Part shown: piece after piece, positions 1-8,255 of the stretch
Layout of the letters: the number at the start of each line of letters is the position of its first letter
Position numbering within the stretch: position 1 is the stretch's first letter
Source: Clostridiaceae bacterium
GTDB lineage: Bacteria; Bacillota; Clostridia; Oscillospirales; Acutalibacteraceae
Assembly: GCA_016292455.1 (NCBI GenBank)
Contig: JAEDIL010000001.1
Span: 19,156-83,155, forward strand
Length of the DNA stretch: 64,000 bases
Direction of reading: 5' to 3'
Position numbers and translations under genes: made by a program
Notes under the pieces: generated by a model
Databases searched by the model: none
Told to the model about the DNA's origin: nothing
What the model saw: only the letters and a program-made list of their open reading frames with translations

Positions 1-402
1 ACTTCAATCACCTCATCAAAAATCAACTGGACACCCTACTTCGAGTACATACTTACACAAAAAGCCACAGGAAAAAGGATTAAAACCGACTGGGTCGGCA
101 ACCTAAAAACAGGTAGCGTTGAGATTACGGGAATAAATGAGCGTGTTGCCGCAACTGGAACCAAAGCAAAACTCAAGCAGGTCAAAGCCGATCTCATAGC
201 AGGAAAAATCCATGTCTTTGACACAAACACTTTCACTGTATCAGGCAAAAAGGTCAATTATTACTTTGCCGATGTCGATCCCGATTTTAATTTTTCCAAG
301 GATACCCAAGTAGTTTTTGATGGATATTTCCATGAATGCGAAATGCGCTCTGCTCCGTATTTTGATTTAATGATTGATGGAATTACGCTTCTGAACACCT
401 GA
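1..402 (+). CDS. BMP-family (PnrA/Med-like) ABC-transporter substrate-binding protein, C-terminal fragment (5' end outside window)
   Basis: Frame 1 is open from the window edge to TGA at 400-402. Translation ...TGSVEITGINERVAATGTKAKLKQVKADLIAGKIHVFDTNTF...GYFHECEMRSAPYFDLMIDGITLLNT looks like the C-terminus of BMP/nucleoside-binding lipoproteins. Absent from the ORF track because there is no start codon in the window. Confidence 0.65.
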   Translation, partial: TSITSSKINWTPYFEYILTQKATGKRIKTDWVGNLKTGSVEITGINERVAATGTKAKLKQVKADLIAGKIHVFDTNTFTVSGKKVNYYFADVDPDFNFSKDTQVVFDGYFHECEMRSAPYFDLMIDGITLLNT

Positions 403-410
403 TATTGATA

Positions 411-457
411 TACGACACTACATACAAACAACACCATCGGTCGTAGTTTTCTTTTTT
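411..457 (+). terminator. weak intrinsic terminator after the BMP-family gene
   Basis: tacgac (411-416) pairs with gtcgta (440-445), followed by a T-rich run at 447-457. The stem is short and the loop is long. Confidence 0.3.
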
Positions 458-469
458 CTAAGGCTAGAG

Positions 470-1909
470 TTATTTTCCAAAATGACGTCTGAGTTTTTCA
501 AATCCGCTTCTTGCCTTGCCGGGAAAAGCGTCTTTCTTATTTGAATGATAAATGCCGAGCAGGTCAAGGAAAGAAAAATACGAATCAATTTTCAGAAGAA
601 AGTCCGCAAAACTGCGGCTTTCTTTTTTTGTCCAAACGTTTTCGCAAAACGCGCCCAGACGAGGAAAAAGCAGCTCTCCGGCTCTTTTGATTGTCGGGGC
701 ATATTCGGTATCAAGAACAGCTTCTGCGCCGATTGAGAGCGGAAATAAAGCATGTTCATAGCATTTTTCAACGCTCATCTCACCATGGGGGAGAGAAAGC
801 CGACAGAAGGCGTCAATAACCGGGGCAGCTGAATCCTCGCCGTCAGAACGCTTTTCAAAAACGGCGCCAATCGGAATCAGACCGGGCTCATCGCTTCTGA
901 CAATCACTCTGACTCCCCTTTCTTCAAGGTGCGCCGCAGCACGACTGAAAAAGTCTTTCAGAAGTCCGCTTTCGTCCGTTCCGAGCTCTTTCATTTTTTC
1001 AAGGCATTGCGGACAGGTGCTTCTCTGTGACTTTTTGCTCCGTCCGCCGCCCAGGTGAATATATCCGCTGCCGAAAAGCTCAGCTGTTTCATCAAGAACG
1101 GATAGAACAAAATCAGAAGCTTCCTTTTTGCCGAGACAAAGGCAAGCAGAGGTGTCACCGAAACGTGTGGGTACGGCAGTTTCTTCACCAAAGCAGGAGA
1201 GAGAAGGATATGCACAGACCGCTGCGGCTGTATGGTCGGGAAAATCAAGCTCCGGAACAACGGCAATACACCTCTTCTCTGCATAATCAAGAATATCTTT
1301 AACGTCCTTTTGCGAATAGTATCCGCTGTGAGGCATCTTTCCGATGCCGGTATATGCGCGCATACTGCCGATCTGTGAAAGCAGGAGGTTATCGAAAAGC
1401 TCCAGCCGCCAGCCCATATCTCCTGAAAGCTTCCAATGAAAAACGTTGAGCTTGTGAAACGCCATTGCGTCAAGAACAAGCTTCACCGCTTCGGGCGTAA
1501 AAAACCAACTCGCGCAGTCAAGCATAAGTCCCCTTTTTTCAGTTCGCGGAAAATCTTCAATTTCAAGGGCACAAAGCGAGCAATCATTCTGAATCAGAAG
1601 CTGAATAAGAGTCTGTACTCCCCAGAAAATTCCCGCTTCGCCGCCGCCCTCAATTCTGACGCTGTTTTCACTGACCGTCAGGCGGTAGCCCTCTTTCGGA
1701 AGTCCGGAAACAGCGCAAAAGGTCAGCTTTTCTTTCCCTGTTCCGACAAATTCAAGACCGAAACAGTTGCTTGCGAATTCAAAAAAGCTTTCTTTGGCTT
1801 TTTCGCTCTTTTTGTCGCAGTAAAACTCTGCAAGGCGGGTCAGCGAAAAAACAGTGTTTCCGCTTAAAATTCTGACGCTTTGCGGTTCGGGTATGACGTT
1901 GACAGTCAC
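470..1909 (-). CDS. glycoside hydrolase family 20 (beta-N-acetylhexosaminidase)-like protein, catalytic dyad not conserved
   Basis: 479 aa with a GTG start preceded by AAGGGGG. GH20-type motifs are present: EIEDFPRTEKRGLMLD, FHKLNVFHWKLSGDMGWRLE, PELDFPDHTAA. At the position of H-x-G-G-D-E the sequence reads IHLGGGRS. No signal peptide. Confidence 0.75.
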   Translation of the reverse strand: MTVNVIPEPQSVRILSGNTVFSLTRLAEFYCDKKSEKAKESFFEFASNCFGLEFVGTGKEKLTFCAVSGLPKEGYRLTVSENSVRIEGGGEAGIFWGVQTLIQLLIQNDCSLCALEIEDFPRTEKRGLMLDCASWFFTPEAVKLVLDAMAFHKLNVFHWKLSGDMGWRLELFDNLLLSQIGSMRAYTGIGKMPHSGYYSQKDVKDILDYAEKRCIAVVPELDFPDHTAAAVCAYPSLSCFGEETAVPTRFGDTSACLCLGKKEASDFVLSVLDETAELFGSGYIHLGGGRSKKSQRSTCPQCLEKMKELGTDESGLLKDFFSRAAAHLEERGVRVIVRSDEPGLIPIGAVFEKRSDGEDSAAPVIDAFCRLSLPHGEMSVEKCYEHALFPLSIGAEAVLDTEYAPTIKRAGELLFPRLGAFCENVWTKKESRSFADFLLKIDSYFSFLDLLGIYHSNKKDAFPGKARSGFEKLRRHFGK

Positions 1910-2055
1910 GGCGAAGCCCCCTTTGGTTTGATGCTTTGATTATACACCGCCGCGGCATGAAGGTCAAATTCTCTTTTCCCTTTCCTCACAGTGCGACATT
2001 TTTTTCTTTCTGAGCTTAATATAATGGTCAAAAAGTATGCGAAAGGACGAGCCTT

Positions 2056-4356
2056 ATGAAAACAGCAATCAAAGAAAAAAAGCTTTCTGAATACATTCTG
2101 ACCGAGGAAAAAGAGCTGTCCGCCTGGCTGCGGCAGCTTTGCTTCGCCGCCCTCGCCTTTTTCCTTTCTCAGTTGAAAAGCCTTGGAATGATTTCTCCGT
2201 TCTGTGCGGCTTTTTTGTCAACAGTCAGGTTTGAATACTGCCTTTCTTCACTTCTCGGCGGAATCTGCGGCTATTTTTTCGCTTTTGATTGGAAAACCGC
2301 TCTTAAATACAGCGCAGTGCTTGTCCTTTGCTCCTGCTGCCGCGCGGTACTTCAAAAAAAGCTTCCCTCGGCAGACACGGGAATGAGCGGTCCGCTCACC
2401 GCTCTGCTCTCATGTCTGAGCGTTTCTGCCCTGAATCTTGCTTTCGGCCCGTTCAGCATCTCCGGTCTGCTTTTTGCCGTTTGTGAAGCCCTTGTTGCCT
2501 TTTGCAGTGCATATCTGTATCTGCGCGTTTCAAATACCCCCGTTGCCGGAATAGGGCTCGGAAATCTTTCCGTCCGGGACACAGTATCCATCGGACTCTG
2601 CCTTTCGGCGCTGTTGCTTTGCGCCTGCGGCTTTTCCCTCGGTCCAATCGCTCCGGCTCATATTCTTGCCGTTTTATTCCTGCTTTTTGTTGCCCATTAC
2701 AGAGGAGCAGGGCTTTCCTGCCTTTTCGGTGTGTGCATTTCGGCGGTGATTTCCATTGCAAATGCAAACACCGCGCTTTTTCCCGTTTTTGCTCTCGGCA
2801 GCCTTGCCTGCGGAGTTTTTGCACCTTTCGGACAATATGCCGTTTCAATTTCATTTGCTCTTTCCTCGGCGGTAATAATGTTCATTACTGGCTTTTCGGA
2901 AAAATCGTTCTGGTGTCTGCTTGAAATCGGTGCCGGCTGCGCAATTTTTGCGGCAATACCTTCAAAAACGCTTTTTGCTCTCCACGCAGAGCTTGAAAAA
3001 AGCTTTCTTCTGCCGGACTGCCAGCTGAACCGAAGGGTCAGCGCTTCGCTCAGACGCGCGGCAGAAACGGTTGACGAGGTTTCCGATATTGTGAAAAACG
3101 TCAGTGCAAAGCTTGACAACGTAATAAATCCGGAAGTTGACAGGGTTTTCGCAAAGCTTCAGCAAAGCATATGCTTCGGCTGTTCCTTCAAAAACGAATG
3201 TTGGAGCGAGCGCTTCGGAGAAACCGCGGCGGACATTCTTTCTCTTGCCGGACTTAAAGAAAAAAGTAAAGAAATTACAGACCTTGAACGGCGCTGTCCG
3301 CGCTCAAACGCTCTTGTTTCACGCGTCAGGCAAAGCTATGGCGAATTTGTTGACACAATGGCGGCAAAAATGAAGGTCAGAGAAATCAGGAATCTTGTCA
3401 GCGACCAGTTTTCTTCAATTGCAAACTTCCTTTCTGAAATGGCGCAGCAGGTTTCAACAAGCAGAGTGGTTGACAATACACACTCACGGGCATTGAAAAC
3501 AGCGCTCAGCGATGCCGGAGTCTTTGTTGACTCTCTGAGCTTTTTCACGGACTCCAACGGCAGAGTCACAATTGAACTCAGTGTTCTTGAAAACGCATTT
3601 GAGCTTGACTGCAAAAAAGCAAAAAACATTCTTGAAGCAGCAACAAAACGGCATTTTGAAAAGCCGGAAATTGCAATTATGGACCTGCGCTCGGTTGTTA
3701 TTTTTGAAGAAAAGGCGGCGTTCCGCGTTCTGGTCGGAACAGCCCAGCATCCGTTCAAAAACAACAAAATCTGCGGCGATTGCATCGGCAGATTGCGTGA
3801 CCTTTCCGGCAACGAAATCGCCCTAATAAGCGACGGAATGGGAACAGGCTCGCGCGCCGCAGTTGACGGAACAATGGCGGCAACGCTGATGGAAAAACTG
3901 CTTTCATGTTCGTTTTCCTTTGAAAGTGCGCTCAAAACCGTCAACTGTGCCCTGATGGTCAAGTCAACGGACGAATCAATTGCAACCGTTGACGGCGTGA
4001 GCATCAATGTATACAGCGGTGAAACCGACTTTTACAAAGCCGGTGCGGCGGCTTCCTTTGTCAGACGCGGAAGCGAAGTTGCCATTGTTGAGGAACAGTC
4101 GCTCCCCGTCGGAATAATAAGGGATGTATGCTTTGCACACAAAAAAACGCGGCTTCAAAACGGGGACATTGTTCTGCTTGTTTCGGACGGCGTAACAACC
4201 GGCGACTGCGGTTGGGTCAATGATGAGCTTCTTGCGTGGAGCACCAACAGCATGGACGACCTTGCTGCCCACATCGCTTCGCTCGCAAGGCTGCGCAGCA
4301 ACAAAGACAACGAAGACGATATAACGGTGGTTGCACTCAAAATTCTGAACAATTAA
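2056..4356 (+). CDS. spoIIE: stage II sporulation protein E (membrane PP2C phosphatase)
   Basis: 766 aa with about 10 N-terminal TM helices and a C-terminal PP2C domain (ALISDGMGTGSRAAVDG ... VLLVSDGV ... DDITVVALKI). Confidence 0.9.
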   Translation: MKTAIKEKKLSEYILTEEKELSAWLRQLCFAALAFFLSQLKSLGMISPFCAAFLSTVRFEYCLSSLLGGICGYFFAFDWKTALKYSAVLVLCSCCRAVLQKKLPSADTGMSGPLTALLSCLSVSALNLAFGPFSISGLLFAVCEALVAFCSAYLYLRVSNTPVAGIGLGNLSVRDTVSIGLCLSALLLCACGFSLGPIAPAHILAVLFLLFVAHYRGAGLSCLFGVCISAVISIANANTALFPVFALGSLACGVFAPFGQYAVSISFALSSAVIMFITGFSEKSFWCLLEIGAGCAIFAAIPSKTLFALHAELEKSFLLPDCQLNRRVSASLRRAAETVDEVSDIVKNVSAKLDNVINPEVDRVFAKLQQSICFGCSFKNECWSERFGETAADILSLAGLKEKSKEITDLERRCPRSNALVSRVRQSYGEFVDTMAAKMKVREIRNLVSDQFSSIANFLSEMAQQVSTSRVVDNTHSRALKTALSDAGVFVDSLSFFTDSNGRVTIELSVLENAFELDCKKAKNILEAATKRHFEKPEIAIMDLRSVVIFEEKAAFRVLVGTAQHPFKNNKICGDCIGRLRDLSGNEIALISDGMGTGSRAAVDGTMAATLMEKLLSCSFSFESALKTVNCALMVKSTDESIATVDGVSINVYSGETDFYKAGAAASFVRRGSEVAIVEEQSLPVGIIRDVCFAHKKTRLQNGDIVLLVSDGVTTGDCGWVNDELLAWSTNSMDDLAAHIASLARLRSNKDNEDDITVVALKILNN

Positions 4357-4393
4357 AATTTTCTTAACTATTGTGACAACTTTTTTACTTTTG

Positions 4394-4422
4394 TTTACAA
4401 GTCAAAATTTTGACTATATAGT
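4394..4422 (+). promoter_or_regulatory. sigma-A-type promoter with a 16-bp perfect palindrome filling the spacer
   Basis: TTTACA (4394-4399), a 17-nt spacer, then TATAGT (4417-4422). Spacer positions 4400-4415 are AGTCAAAATTTTGACT. GTTTACAAG is repeated directly at 4393 and 4421. Confidence 0.5.
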
Positions 4423-4533
4423 TTACAAGAGCTGAAACATACCATGTTTGAGAAATTGTTTTAATATGCAAATCATCAGAAAGGAAGCGCCGCTCTGCCA
4501 TGTTGAATATGCTTTCCCTGCGGCGGAAAAAGA

Positions 4534-5283
4534 ATGAAGTTTTTCAGGTTGATTAAAAACAGAATCAAAACTGCTTTTTTTGACATTTTCAGAGAGATAA
4601 CCGTTCCGGAATACATTTCATGGTGGGTTGTCCGTCTTTTGTTCATCTATGCTGCAATAATGCATACTGATAACCGGCAGAGAATGCTGTGTCTTATAAA
4701 TATGCTTGCGCTTTTCGCAATTCCCTTTTTTCGCTTTGTGTTTCCGAAAAGCACCCTTTTAGGAAATATCTCCTATCGCTGTCAGCACATAATAAACGTT
4801 ATGGAATTTTTCGGCTCTTTTCTCGGGAACTTCATTGACCTGCATGCAAAAGTGTCAAAATACGACAGAATTCTTCATTTTATTTCAGGTCCTGCGGCTG
4901 TTTTTGCCGGCTATCTGATTTACAAGGCCATTCTGAAAAAGGAAAAAAAGCTTGATTCGCATTCTCCCCTCCTCGGCTCAACCTACGGAATGTGCTTTTC
5001 TTTCATGATTATACCCATTTGGGAAATCACGGAGTTCTTCGGAGACTTCTTCTACGGAACACAGAATCAGGGCTATTGGTATGCACCGTTTGATGATGAC
5101 ATTTTTTACAGAATCTTCGGGCGTGGCGCAATCACAGACGGAGGTCAGCTTCCGCTCTGGGACACAATGATGGATATGATCGACGCAACGATGACAACCT
5201 TTGCTTCCGCAATCGTTCTGTATATCGTGCTGATAATTATTGAAAAGCAGAAAAAAAAGAATTCTGCCCCGCCCCAAAAATAA
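4534..5283 (+). CDS. polytopic membrane protein of unknown function (DUF2238/YjdF-like motifs)
   Basis: 249 aa with several hydrophobic helices. Motifs YDRILHFISGP and WEITEFFGD resemble DUF2238 family signatures, recalled from memory and not searched. Confidence 0.45.
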   Translation: MKFFRLIKNRIKTAFFDIFREITVPEYISWWVVRLLFIYAAIMHTDNRQRMLCLINMLALFAIPFFRFVFPKSTLLGNISYRCQHIINVMEFFGSFLGNFIDLHAKVSKYDRILHFISGPAAVFAGYLIYKAILKKEKKLDSHSPLLGSTYGMCFSFMIIPIWEITEFFGDFFYGTQNQGYWYAPFDDDIFYRIFGRGAITDGGQLPLWDTMMDMIDATMTTFASAIVLYIVLIIIEKQKKKNSAPPQK

Positions 5284-5299
5284 GAACAAAAGCACATTT

Positions 5300-5354
5300 G
5301 CTGCTCAGAAACAAATCAGTTATCCTCTGCTGAATTGATTTGTTTCTGAGCAGC
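5300..5354. terminator. long perfect inverted repeat between convergent genes
   Basis: gctgctcagaaacaaatca (5300-5318) pairs perfectly with tgatttgtttctgagcagc (5336-5354): a 19-bp stem with a 17-nt loop. There is only a weak T tract. Confidence 0.55.
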
Positions 5355-5374
5355 GTTTTAATATGTTCACCGTC

Positions 5375-5713
5375 TCAACAGATAATCCTTTTGCAGCCGT
5401 GTGCTCTTGCAATTTCCTCCCCTTTTGCAAGAAGCAACGCTGAAACATCCGCACCCTCAAAGTCCTTTTTTATCTTTCCGCCGCAAAAAGCCGCAACGGG
5501 GAACTTCTCTCCCATTCCCTCGATAATACTGACACAAAGCATTCCGCAAAGCGTTCCGTCTGCAAAACAGAGCAAAACCTTATGACCGCTCTGACACAGC
5601 ACCTCATCAAACTTGTCCGTCATTTTTCTGTCGGATACGGGACGCTTTTCAAAAGCAAAGGAAAGTACGGTTTCAAAGTCACGGCGGTCAGCGCTTCTGA
5701 CTTCAATTTTCAT
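5375..5713 (-). CDS. small GNAT-like acetyltransferase domain protein
   Basis: 112 aa with RBS GAGGGGTG upstream. The C-terminal part (GADVSALLLAKGEEIARAHGCKRI) resembles a GNAT motif A/B region, but the protein is short for a full GNAT. Confidence 0.45.
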   Translation of the reverse strand: MKIEVRSADRRDFETVLSFAFEKRPVSDRKMTDKFDEVLCQSGHKVLLCFADGTLCGMLCVSIIEGMGEKFPVAAFCGGKIKKDFEGADVSALLLAKGEEIARAHGCKRIIC

Positions 5714-5834
5714 TTTTTCACCCCTCGGTTGTTTTTCGGGATAAGCCCTAATAAACTATATTAAGTAAATCGGACAAAAATACCCGTCAAAAGCCTGTGA
5801 AAAGATGAATATACTGAAAATGAGGTGATAATCT

Positions 5835-6152
5835 ATGGAGTGCTGTTCAATCACGGAGCTGAGGAACAAAGAGGTGATAAACGCAAAAAGCGGCTGCCGG
5901 ATAGGTTTTGTTTCCGACGTTGAAATCAACACCTGCGACGGACGGCTGAGCGCAATCATAATCTGGGGCAGACCCCGCTGCTTCGGACTTTTCGGAAAAG
6001 AAGAGGATATAAGGGTATGCTGGGAAAACATTCAGGTAATCGGGCATGACACAATCCTGGTTTGCGCCGATATTCCCGACCGGCATCAAAGACCTTCACA
6101 CAGACCTCCTCCGCGAGCAGGCTTGTTTGACAATCTGTTCAGGTATAACTGA
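5835..6152 (+). CDS. YlmC/YmxH-family sporulation protein (PRC-barrel)
   Basis: SITELRNKEVINAKSGCRIGFVSDVEINTCDGRLSAIII...EDIRVCWENIQVIGHDTILV is the typical YlmC/YmxH pattern. RBS is GAGGTGA. Confidence 0.8.
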   Translation: MECCSITELRNKEVINAKSGCRIGFVSDVEINTCDGRLSAIIIWGRPRCFGLFGKEEDIRVCWENIQVIGHDTILVCADIPDRHQRPSHRPPPRAGLFDNLFRYN

Positions 6153-6153
6153 C

Positions 6154-6185
6154 AAAAAAGCGGCGTACCGACTTCGGTACGCCGC
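6154..6185 (-). terminator. intrinsic terminator of the 6204-7868 gene
   Basis: gcggcgtaccg (6160-6170) pairs with cggtacgccgc (6175-6185). The A-run at 6154-6159 gives a U-run on the minus strand. Confidence 0.75.
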
Positions 6186-6203
6186 AGATTGTTCGGTTAT
6201 TGC

Positions 6204-7868
6204 TTATTTTTTGAAGATATTGAAAATGCTCTTGAAAGCATCAATAATGCTCTGGAAGAAGTCTGAGAAAATCTTTCCAAAGTCGAACTTCGGTGAAGAT
6301 GAGGAGCTGCCTGATGAAGAGCTTCCTGATGATGAACCGGTGCCAGCCTTAACAGCAACAGAAGGATCACATTTTGCTACAAAGGTATCGCTGACTTCAA
6401 GGGTTACAGCTTCCTTGTCTGCATCGGCAACAACGATTGAGGGAGCAGCAAGAATATCCTTGAAGGTTACAACTCTGCCTTCGGTGGTATCAACGCAAGC
6501 GTACTTGTCAGCGATAACGGCATATGTTGTGGCAACTCTTGCAGCGCCGGAAAGAACGATGTCATAAGCGCCGTCAAGAAGATATGCAACCTTGATGTAT
6601 TCGCCGAGAACATCGCTGTATACGTTTGCATAAGCGCCTGCCGCAGTATAAGCGGGAGCAACAGCTGTTTCATCGGAAACAGCGAAAATTGTGTCAACAG
6701 TGCCCGCCTTGTTGAGAGCAAGGTCAGTTTTGCCGGTTACGGCTGCGCTTGCAACATAAGCGTCGTCCTTGTCATCTGCAAGGATTGCGCCGGCTGCGTC
6801 AAGCTTAGCAAGGGCAACAGCGGCCTTGACTTTAAGCTCGGTTGTGTCATACTGCTTAACCATGGCAACGAGTGCCTTCGTCTTAGCCTGTGCAAGGTTT
6901 GCAAGAAGCTGTTCGCCGGTTGCTCTGACTGCGATTACGGTGCTCTCTGCGAAAGAAGCGAAGTCAGCGTTCTCTGAATCGAAAGCTGCGCTTGCCCAAT
7001 CGGCAAAGCAATCTTCAATGTAATAGGTTTCAACAAGGCTCATCATGAATTCATACTTATCCTTTGTGTTGAAGAGCTTGTCGGAAATTGAAACAACGGT
7101 TTTGTAAGCACCCTTGATTGCAGCAGTAACGCCGTATGAATCAAGAGCCATTTCAGCTGCGAGGGAAGCTGCGTCCTTGCCTGCGTCTGCAACGAGCGAC
7201 TGAATAAGAGCGTCAACGGAGGCCTGAAGTTCTGCGTCGATAGTCTCGGCAATTTCTGCGGCAGCAGCAGCAACGTCTTCGTTCTTGCAGTTTTTAACAA
7301 GATAGGTAAGGAAGTCGCCGTAATATGCGCTGGCAGCCTTAGCGGAAAGGATCATAGCATAACCCTTGACATAGGCTTCGTAAACTTCGTTGGCGTAGTT
7401 TCCAGCTTTGATGGCGGTATTGAGAACGCCGAGAGTGGTCAGCCATTCTGCGCTCTGGGTAAATTCAAGAGCGTCTGTGACTTTCTCTGAAATTTCGCCG
7501 ACCTTTGTGATAACTTCCATTGCGCCCTCTGCCTTGCCGAGGATCTTCATAACTTCTTCAAAAGTCTCGTTGTTGTATTCGGCTTCAACCTGCTCAATGA
7601 GACCGAGAAGAATAGCCTTTGCATAGTTGATGTCAACGGCGCTGTCAAAATAGTTGTACCATGCGTTGTCATAGAAACCGAGTGCAGTATAAAGGGTAAA
7701 CTGATTTTTGAAATAGTTCTCTTTTTCAACATACTCCATGTGGTAGTAATTGTCGTTGTTGAGAATTTCTTCGTGGATATAGCCGTCATTTGCTGCTGAA
7801 GCGCCGAAAGGAAGCGCACACGCAAGCATCATAACAGCAAGGACAACTGCAAGAATCTTTCTTTTCAT
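6204..7868 (-). CDS. secreted Ala-rich protein of unknown function with a Ser/Gly linker and a Phe-rich amphipathic C-terminal helix
   Basis: The preferred start is the ATG at 7868 (AAAGGAG 9 nt upstream), not the track start at 7910. Signal peptide MKRKILAVVLAVMMLACALPFGASA. The tail reads GTGSSSGSSSSGSSSSS-PKFDFGKIFSDFFQSIIDAFKSIFNIFKK. I recognise no family. Confidence 0.8.
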   Translation of the reverse strand: MKRKILAVVLAVMMLACALPFGASAANDGYIHEEILNNDNYYHMEYVEKENYFKNQFTLYTALGFYDNAWYNYFDSAVDINYAKAILLGLIEQVEAEYNNETFEEVMKILGKAEGAMEVITKVGEISEKVTDALEFTQSAEWLTTLGVLNTAIKAGNYANEVYEAYVKGYAMILSAKAASAYYGDFLTYLVKNCKNEDVAAAAAEIAETIDAELQASVDALIQSLVADAGKDAASLAAEMALDSYGVTAAIKGAYKTVVSISDKLFNTKDKYEFMMSLVETYYIEDCFADWASAAFDSENADFASFAESTVIAVRATGEQLLANLAQAKTKALVAMVKQYDTTELKVKAAVALAKLDAAGAILADDKDDAYVASAAVTGKTDLALNKAGTVDTIFAVSDETAVAPAYTAAGAYANVYSDVLGEYIKVAYLLDGAYDIVLSGAARVATTYAVIADKYACVDTTEGRVVTFKDILAAPSIVVADADKEAVTLEVSDTFVAKCDPSVAVKAGTGSSSGSSSSGSSSSSPKFDFGKIFSDFFQSIIDAFKSIFNIFKK

Positions 7869-7940
7869 TGGTAAGAACTCCTTTAAAATAATACTGTTTC
7901 CGCCGGACACAGATCACCCGTACGGATAACTGTTACTATT

Positions 7941-7969
7941 ATTTTAAATTATTTAACAAAATATGTCAA
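7941..7969 (-). promoter_or_regulatory. near-consensus sigma-A promoter of the 6204-7868 gene
   Basis: On the minus strand: TTGACA (7969-7964), 17 nt, then TAAAAT (7946-7941). Confidence 0.7.
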
Positions 7970-8177
7970 GACAACTATTTAATTTCATCACATTATATCA
8001 ACTCCAACACACTGTTTTGTGCAAATAGACCAAGAATAATTTGATTGAATAAATTACAAGTCTTATATTTTGTTATGAGCAAAAAAATCGCCGATTTTTA
8101 ATTTCATACACTCACAAAGCAGGCAAATCTAACAAATAAATTATTGTTTTCCAACGCATAAATTATTTTGATTTTTG

Positions 8178-8206
8178 TTGACGATATGCCTAATGTTTGG
8201 TAAAAT
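8178..8206 (+). promoter_or_regulatory. sigma-A promoter of the GDPD-icd pair
   Basis: TTGACG (8178-8183), 17 nt, then TAAAAT (8201-8206). This overlaps the ORF-track start at 8175 (the -35 lies inside the 8175-8255 extension) and supports the ATG at 8256. Confidence 0.65.
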
Positions 8207-8255
8207 ATCAGAAACGGAAAACAACCGCCGCAAGGGGGAGAAAGCGAGGAAAAAC

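Noticed and set aside
1981-2030. A spoIIE promoter with Spo0A boxes (TATAAT at 2020-2025 and a TGCGACA element at 1992-1998).
   Set aside because: The -35 region is poor, and the 0A-box-like element has a mismatch to the TTCGACA/TGTCGAA consensus. This is too weak to call from sequence alone.
5308-5320. A 13-nt identity (gaaacaaatcagt) between the hairpin at 5300-5354 and the terminator loop at 61508-61520, which might indicate a repeat family.
   Set aside because: A rough estimate (about 4e9 position pairs against 4^13 sequences) predicts tens of chance 13-mer matches in 64 kb on both strands. The flanking sequence and stems are unrelated.
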